Source: Bacilli bacterium (GTDB taxonomy: Bacteria > Bacillota_I > Bacilli_A > RF39 > UBA660). From it: a DNA stretch of 64,000 bases. The position numbers and the translations under genes were made by a program. Positions 59,122 through 64,000 of the stretch are shown piece by piece. Position 1 is the first letter of the stretch. Every line of letters begins with the position of its first letter. The notes beneath the pieces were generated by a model, which made no database searches, had not been told where the DNA came from, and saw only the letters and a program-made list of their open reading frames with translations. The stretch lies in NCBI GenBank assembly GCA_051893155.1, contig JBJFGY010000017.1:1677-65676 (forward strand). Direction: 5' to 3'.

Positions 59122-59551
59122 AGAAAACCACCTTTATAACACATAAAATAAAAGCTGATATAATTCCGTATAATAAAACTGATCCTGCAAGTTTAAAAAA
59201 ATTAGCACCAAGCCCTGTTATCATTCCATCTTTTTTATATTCCAAACCACAACTAGTTATACTATGGGCAAAACCTGTTGTAGGAACAATAAGGCCACAT
59301 TTTGTTTTAGTAACCCAATCATCAAAAAAATTAAGACCCGTAAATAAAGATGCTAAAAATATTGTAATTAAACATACAACACTATAACTTACCTTTACTG
59401 ACATGCCAAATAATATAACTAAAAGTCTAGAAATAATTTGACCAATTAATCCTAACGATCCACCAACTACAAAAGCAATAAACATATTTTTTAATTTGTT
59501 TTGTTTAGGATACTTTTTTTTAACAAGATTTTTATACTCTTCTTTATCCAA
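59114..59551 (-). CDS. spoVAC: stage V sporulation protein AC
   Basis: 145 aa. NMFIAFVVGGSLGLIGQII..., 4 TM, collinear with SpoVAC. Confidence 0.85.
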   Translation of the reverse strand: MDKEEYKNLVKKKYPKQNKLKNMFIAFVVGGSLGLIGQIISRLLVILFGMSVKVSYSVVCLITIFLASLFTGLNFFDDWVTKTKCGLIVPTTGFAHSITSCGLEYKKDGMITGLGANFFKLAGSVLLYGIISAFILCVIKVVFYG

Positions 59552-59555
59552 AATA

Positions 59556-59596
59556 AATCACCATTATTATTATTTATTTAAATGGTGATTTTATAC
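59556..59596 (-). terminator. hairpin between the sigma gene and spoVAC (terminator or attenuator separating the two operons)
   Basis: aaatcaccattattattatttatttaaatggtgattt: a 10-bp stem. Confidence 0.45.
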
Positions 59597-60247
59597 TTAT
59601 AAAGTCAAAAACTTTTGCATTTTATCTAAACCTTTTTTTTCATATCTTGAAACCATAACTTGAGTCATAGATAGTTTTCTTGCAACTTCACATTGAGTTA
59701 AATCCTCAAAATATCTTGATTTAATAATATTTCTTTCATCTTCTGAAAGCAAATCCATACTTTCATCAATTAATATTTTATCATCAATTGAAACTTTTTC
59801 TTCACTTTTTATAGTATCATATAAACTAATATTTTCATCACTATCAAGACTCATTATACTTTGTCCAGCCATAACTGCTTCATATATTTTACTTTTATCT
59901 ATTTCAAGAAAATTAGCAACATCTTCATAACTTGGAACAAAGCCATTATTTTGAGTAAGAGAAAATCTTGTTTGTTCAATTAATTTATAAAGTTTTAAAA
60001 TATCTTTATTTATTTTAAGGGGTCTATTATTAACTAATAAATACATTTCTCCATAAATATAATTGTAAGCAAAACTTGTAAATTTAGCATTAAAACTTTC
60101 ATCGTATTGTTTATATGCTTTTAAAAGTCCTAACACTCCTGCTTGAAATAAATCTTCTTTAGGATAACCATAAAATTTTTTAGCAATATCATAAATAAGC
60201 CCAGCATTTTGATTAATAATTTCTTCTTTAATCATATTAAACCTCAA
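59597..60247 (-). CDS. sigF: sporulation sigma factor, SigF/SigG/SigB-type (group 3 sigma-70), short N-terminus
   Basis: Region 2 (DLFQAGVLGLLKAYKQYD, FTSFAYNYIYGEM), region 3 and region 4 HTH (LTQCEVARKLSMTQVMVSRYEKK). At 216 aa it is about 35 aa shorter at the N-terminus than B. subtilis SigF. Confidence 0.65.
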   Translation of the reverse strand: MRFNMIKEEIINQNAGLIYDIAKKFYGYPKEDLFQAGVLGLLKAYKQYDESFNAKFTSFAYNYIYGEMYLLVNNRPLKINKDILKLYKLIEQTRFSLTQNNGFVPSYEDVANFLEIDKSKIYEAVMAGQSIMSLDSDENISLYDTIKSEEKVSIDDKILIDESMDLLSEDERNIIKSRYFEDLTQCEVARKLSMTQVMVSRYEKKGLDKMQKFLTL

Positions 60248-60569
60248 TAGTTTTTAATGCTGTAAGTTCATTATCAAGTTTCTTTATATGCAATTTATGT
60301 AATTTTTTATTTAAATCTTTATTTACTTCACATATATACATAATTCCTTTATTATTTTTTATAGCAAATTTAGTATTTAATAATGCATCTAACCCATTAT
60401 CATCAATATCCTCAAGGAAGTAGAAATTATAAACTAAATATTTTATTTTATGTTTTAATAATACAGGTACTAAATAATTATTAACTTTGTAAGAAGTAGA
60501 ACGATTTAACACTCCATCAAGTCTTACAAAAAGTATTCCTTTATCATATTCTAAATTCATTTTTAACAT
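60237..60569 (-). CDS. spoIIAA: STAS-domain anti-sigma-factor antagonist (SpoIIAA-like)
   Basis: 110 aa. GILFVRLDGVLNRSTSYKVNNYL... is STAS-like. Position immediately upstream of the sigma gene. The usual phospho-serine motif DSSGLG appears as DDNGLD. Confidence 0.55.
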   Translation of the reverse strand: MLKMNLEYDKGILFVRLDGVLNRSTSYKVNNYLVPVLLKHKIKYLVYNFYFLEDIDDNGLDALLNTKFAIKNNKGIMYICEVNKDLNKKLHKLHIKKLDNELTALKTIEV

Positions 60570-60625
60570 ATTATTTTCCTTTGCTATAAATAATATAGTT
60601 CATTTTTATTTAAGTTTAAACAACT

Positions 60626-60683
60626 TCGACAAAACATATCAAAAGTTTTAATTATTATAAATTTTTATTATTATTTTTCGACA
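60626..60683 (-). promoter_or_regulatory. two direct Spo0A-box-like motifs (TGTCGAA) upstream of the spoIIAA-sigma operon
   Basis: Minus-strand TTTTGTCGAA at 60626-60632 and 60677-60683, 51 bp apart, in the same orientation as the operon, at about -57 and -108 from the start codon. Confidence 0.45.
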
Positions 60684-60689
60684 AAATAT

Positions 60690-60720
60690 GATACATAAAA
60701 AAAGAAAGTTTAAATTACTT
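60690..60720 (-). terminator. terminator after the DUF308 gene
   Basis: aaaaaaagaaagtttaaattactttctt: a gaaagt/actttc hairpin. Confidence 0.45.
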
Positions 60721-60726
60721 TCTTCG

Positions 60727-61275
60727 TTATTTAAATACTTTCACAATATCATTTATATACTTTTTAAACATAATAGTATCTATAATATTGGTAATTGAAT
60801 ACACTGTAAGAACTATTCCAATATATGTTGTTATTGCAAGTGAACCTAAATTTGGATTAATTATTATTATAATACCACATATAATAGATAAGATAGCACA
60901 TATAAATAATAGTAACCAATTGCTTCCTTTAATATTTTTTAAAGATAATGAAAGTCTTATATCTAAACTTGATTTAGTTATCATGACAATACCAATTAAA
61001 ATTGGAAACAATGTTTTTACTATATTTGGATTAATAAGTATTACAATTCCCACAAGTAGTTCAATTATTCCTAAAGATAAAAATCCTGGGAAAAGAAAAG
61101 TATTATTTTTTTCAATTATAAAATAAATACCATTTATAATTAAAATAACTGCAATTATATAGGTAATTGTCTCAAATGAAGCTTTTGGAAATATAATAAA
61201 TATAAGTCCCATTAATAGCATAAGTATTGCCATTGCAATTGAAGAATTTAAAAATTTTTTTAATTTATCAAGCAT
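60727..61275 (-). CDS. HdeD/DUF308-family membrane protein
   Basis: 182 aa with 6 short TM repeats of the type GIIFIIFPKASF...IINGIYFII. Confidence 0.4.
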   Translation of the reverse strand: MLDKLKKFLNSSIAMAILMLLMGLIFIIFPKASFETITYIIAVILIINGIYFIIEKNNTFLFPGFLSLGIIELLVGIVILINPNIVKTLFPILIGIVMITKSSLDIRLSLSLKNIKGSNWLLLFICAILSIICGIIIIINPNLGSLAITTYIGIVLTVYSITNIIDTIMFKKYINDIVKVFK

Positions 61276-61330
61276 TTTTCTATTCTCCTTTCTATAATAA
61301 TTTTATTATTTTTTTACATTTATGTAAATA

Positions 61331-62356
61331 CTAATTATTTGGTTTAATAATTATTTTTATAGCATCATCTTTACCACTTGTTAGTCTTTCAAATGCATCT
61401 TGTACTTTTTCTAAAGGTATAATATCATCAATGTATTTTAAAACATCAATCTTTTTTTCTTTAATTAATTCGATTACATTATCAAAATCAAATTCAGTAT
61501 AACCAATAGAACCTTTCATTACTATTTCACCCATAACTGGAATAACCATTGGAATTGTTATAGGTGCCATAGATACACCGACAAGGACAATTGTACCACC
61601 ATTTTTTGCTAAACTCATTGCTTCACTTACTGCCCCAGAATTTCCACAACACTCTATTACTTTATCAAATCCCCCATAAGTTCTATCTTTTAATGTTGGA
61701 ATAGTCTTTTCATCCAAAGCATTATAATATTCATCAACATAGCCAAATTTTAATGCTTTATTTCCACGTGCTTCATTAGTTTCAAGAAGAGCAACATAAG
61801 TAGCACCTTCCATTTTTGCAAATTCAGCTGCCATAAGGCCTATAATTCCACCACCAATAATACAGACTTTTTCACCAACAGTAATATCCGCAAGTTTAAT
61901 AGCATGAAGACTTACTGCAGATGGTTCAACCATACAACCTTCTTCTTCTTTTACTCCTTCAGGAAGTAATCTTACCATATTTGGATGACAACTTGATACT
62001 TGAGCATAAGCACCAGAATTATCTAAAGATAAACCAACTGCATGAGTCCAAGTTTGAGTACAATATTGAGGATTGCCACTTTTACAAGCATCACACTCTC
62101 CACATGGAGATATTGGAAGTCCAGTAATTTTATCACCAACTTTTAAATCACTTCTATCTCCTGGATTAATTACAGTCCCACAAAATTCATGTCCCATAAC
62201 TAGTCCAAATGGATTTCCCATATCCCAATAATGAATATCAGAACCACATATACCACATGTATCAACTTTAAATATTACATTACCAAAATTTATTTCTGGA
62301 TTTTCTTTTTCAATAACTTTTAAGGATTTTACTCCATCAATTTCTACACATTTCAT
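61331..62356 (-). CDS. zinc-dependent alcohol dehydrogenase family (polyol/threonine dehydrogenase-like MDR)
   Basis: CGICGSDIHYW...GHEFCGTV catalytic zinc motif, a structural-zinc Cys cluster (CGECDACKSG), and a Rossmann GGGIIGLMAAEFAK. Confidence 0.85.
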   Translation of the reverse strand: MKCVEIDGVKSLKVIEKENPEINFGNVIFKVDTCGICGSDIHYWDMGNPFGLVMGHEFCGTVINPGDRSDLKVGDKITGLPISPCGECDACKSGNPQYCTQTWTHAVGLSLDNSGAYAQVSSCHPNMVRLLPEGVKEEEGCMVEPSAVSLHAIKLADITVGEKVCIIGGGIIGLMAAEFAKMEGATYVALLETNEARGNKALKFGYVDEYYNALDEKTIPTLKDRTYGGFDKVIECCGNSGAVSEAMSLAKNGGTIVLVGVSMAPITIPMVIPVMGEIVMKGSIGYTEFDFDNVIELIKEKKIDVLKYIDDIIPLEKVQDAFERLTSGKDDAIKIIIKPNN

Positions 62357-62443
62357 ACCATATCACCATTTTTATAATAGCACATCAAAATTAAAAAACT
62401 AAATATTCTCATATTTAGTTTACACATTTTTTCAATAATATTA

Positions 62444-63316
62444 CTAATTACTATCTAAATAACTTGCCATATGTCTAGCCCATAAAAAGAAAAAATATGA
62501 TTTTGGATGAATACCATCGCTTGAAAATGATTCATCATTTAAAAAATAACTATTTTCTAAAAATTCAATATTTTGATCTTTTGCAAGTTTTTTTAATTCT
62601 TGATTAAATAGACCTTGATATGAAAAACAATTATCATTTGCAATTGCATTACTACTTGTAGGTAATACCGAATTAATAATAATAATAGTATTTGGTAAAG
62701 CATTTTTTATACTTTCTATAGCATTTTTATAATTTTGAATAAATGCATCAACATTACCATTAAGCATTTTTAAATCATTAGCACCATACGCTAAAAATAA
62801 ATAATTAGGATTTTTTTGAATTAAAGTTGGTAAATCCAAATTCATATTATCAATTCTTCTACCACGATGCCAAACTACACTTTCATTATTTAAAACACCA
62901 TAACAAGATAATCCTTCACCCATAGAATCTCCAACTACAACAGCATTCTTATTAAGAAATATTACTCTTGCTTGCTCATTGGAAATGTTATCAATTTGAT
63001 ATAAGTCATCACTAGGAAGATTGTATCCATTATTATTAGTTGTATTATTAAATATATTATCATCAAGTATACTTTCATTAGTATCTTTTTCTTCAGAATT
63101 ATTATTAATTACTTCATTTTCTATAATATCATTATTATTTTCTGCTTCAGATGTAGTTTCACTATTAATTATAATTACATCATTATTTTTAGTTTCATTA
63201 ATAATTAATAATCTATTATTTAAAGCAAAAGCATAACTACTTAATAAATAAATAGTTATAGATAATAATAAAATTAAAAGAATTAAACTATAAAATTTTA
63301 CTACTTTTTCTTCCAT
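62444..63316 (-). CDS. SGNH/GDSL hydrolase with an N-terminal TM and an Asn-rich linker
   Basis: VVVGDSMGEG (block I Ser) ... C-terminal DGIHP (catalytic D-x-x-H). Confidence 0.6.
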   Translation of the reverse strand: MEEKVVKFYSLILLILLLSITIYLLSSYAFALNNRLLIINETKNNDVIIINSETTSEAENNNDIIENEVINNNSEEKDTNESILDDNIFNNTTNNNGYNLPSDDLYQIDNISNEQARVIFLNKNAVVVGDSMGEGLSCYGVLNNESVVWHRGRRIDNMNLDLPTLIQKNPNYLFLAYGANDLKMLNGNVDAFIQNYKNAIESIKNALPNTIIIINSVLPTSSNAIANDNCFSYQGLFNQELKKLAKDQNIEFLENSYFLNDESFSSDGIHPKSYFFFLWARHMASYLDSN

Positions 63317-63406
63317 TATACTTCCTTAACACTATAATAAGTATAAAAATAAATAATTAAAAAAGCAAGAGTTTGTCTTGCTTATACCAATAATTTTACA
63401 AAATAA

Positions 63407-63874
63407 TTATTTACCTTCTAATGCTAAAAAATTATCTTTAATTATACTAGCATATTCATTATCCATTACAAGTAATATTAAATTACCTTTGCTTTCAACT
63501 ATTACATTTTCTTCTTCAACTTCAACACATATCCATTTTTTAGGATTTACTTTTTCTTTTATTTCTTCTTTAATACTATTAATATTACTAGTATCATCAA
63601 GTCTAATTAAAACAACTGAATGTGCTATTGAAGACATAAGTGGTTCACTAGCAAGAGCCTCTTTATAAGAAAAATTAACATCACCTAAATAATACTCTTT
63701 ATTATCTTTTGTTACATTTGTCTGTTCAACTTTAGGAAAATCATCTGGAAGACCAACATATAATTTATCCATTATTTCACTTAAATTACCTTCAATATTT
63801 TGAACTTTTTTTTGACATCCAAAAATAAAAAATATTGAACATATAATAACTATACAATAACCTATTTTTTTCAT
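63407..63874 (-). CDS. lipoprotein of unknown function
   Basis: Signal peptide with lipobox IFFIFGC. 155 aa. Confidence 0.5.
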   Translation of the reverse strand: MKKIGYCIVIICSIFFIFGCQKKVQNIEGNLSEIMDKLYVGLPDDFPKVEQTNVTKDNKEYYLGDVNFSYKEALASEPLMSSIAHSVVLIRLDDTSNINSIKEEIKEKVNPKKWICVEVEEENVIVESKGNLILLVMDNEYASIIKDNFLALEGK

Positions 63875-63884
63875 AATACTACCT

Positions 63885-64000
63885 TTCTATTTAATTGCAA
63901 GACTATTATTTATTACTAATGTAGAATACATAAATATTATATCACTATTATCATCAAAATTTAAGTCATTAATTTTATTTAAATAACTACTATTTACATA
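63885..64000 (-). CDS. 3' end of an ORF entering from beyond the window end
   Basis: The open frame ends at TAG (reverse complement of cta at 63885-63887). Only about 38 codons are visible. Confidence 0.2.

Noticed and set aside
61921-62127. Track ORF 61921..62127(+)
   Set aside because: Antisense inside the zinc-ADH gene.

Overview
Very AT-rich (about 25% GC) chromosomal segment from an endospore-forming, anaerobic Firmicute, Clostridia-like. TGG is used as Trp and TGA as a stop, so it is not a Mollicute. Most of the window is housekeeping and sporulation backbone. The main features are: spoVS and uppS; queH and a divIB-murB-murG cell-wall block, with murC and murD elsewhere in the window; nrdDG with a Crp/Fnr regulator; dusB, a PduL-like gene and rmuC; lysS, a short alaS, serS with a T-box leader, and miaB; a Y-family polymerase with a YolD-like partner; gerE and a gerM-like gene; a spoIIAA-like/sigma-F-like pair followed by spoVAC/AD/AE; and eight tRNA genes (Thr, Phe, Asp, fMet, Ser, Leu, Arg, plus divergent tRNA promoters). 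The most interesting region is an unannotated accessory insertion upstream of the conserved rpsU-yqeY pair. It holds a C39-peptidase ABC exporter, a small membrane protein and two tandem, translationally coupled double-glycine-leader peptides (48 and 51 aa) that the ORF track missed. This looks like a candidate two-peptide (class IIb-like) bacteriocin or signalling-peptide export locus. Other notable items: a class B sortase with an unusual roughly 290-aa N-terminal extension, divergently paired with an NPETG-anchored surface protein; a STAS/sigma pair with no anti-sigma kinase gene but two Spo0A-box-like TGTCGAA motifs upstream; a 583-aa AlaRS lacking the C-Ala domain; a C-tail-anchored protein made of about 13 tandem 36-bp (12-aa Pro/Val/Glu) repeats; and a decayed XRE-type HTH pseudogene next to tRNA-Thr. 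No transposase, integrase, CRISPR array or rRNA was seen.
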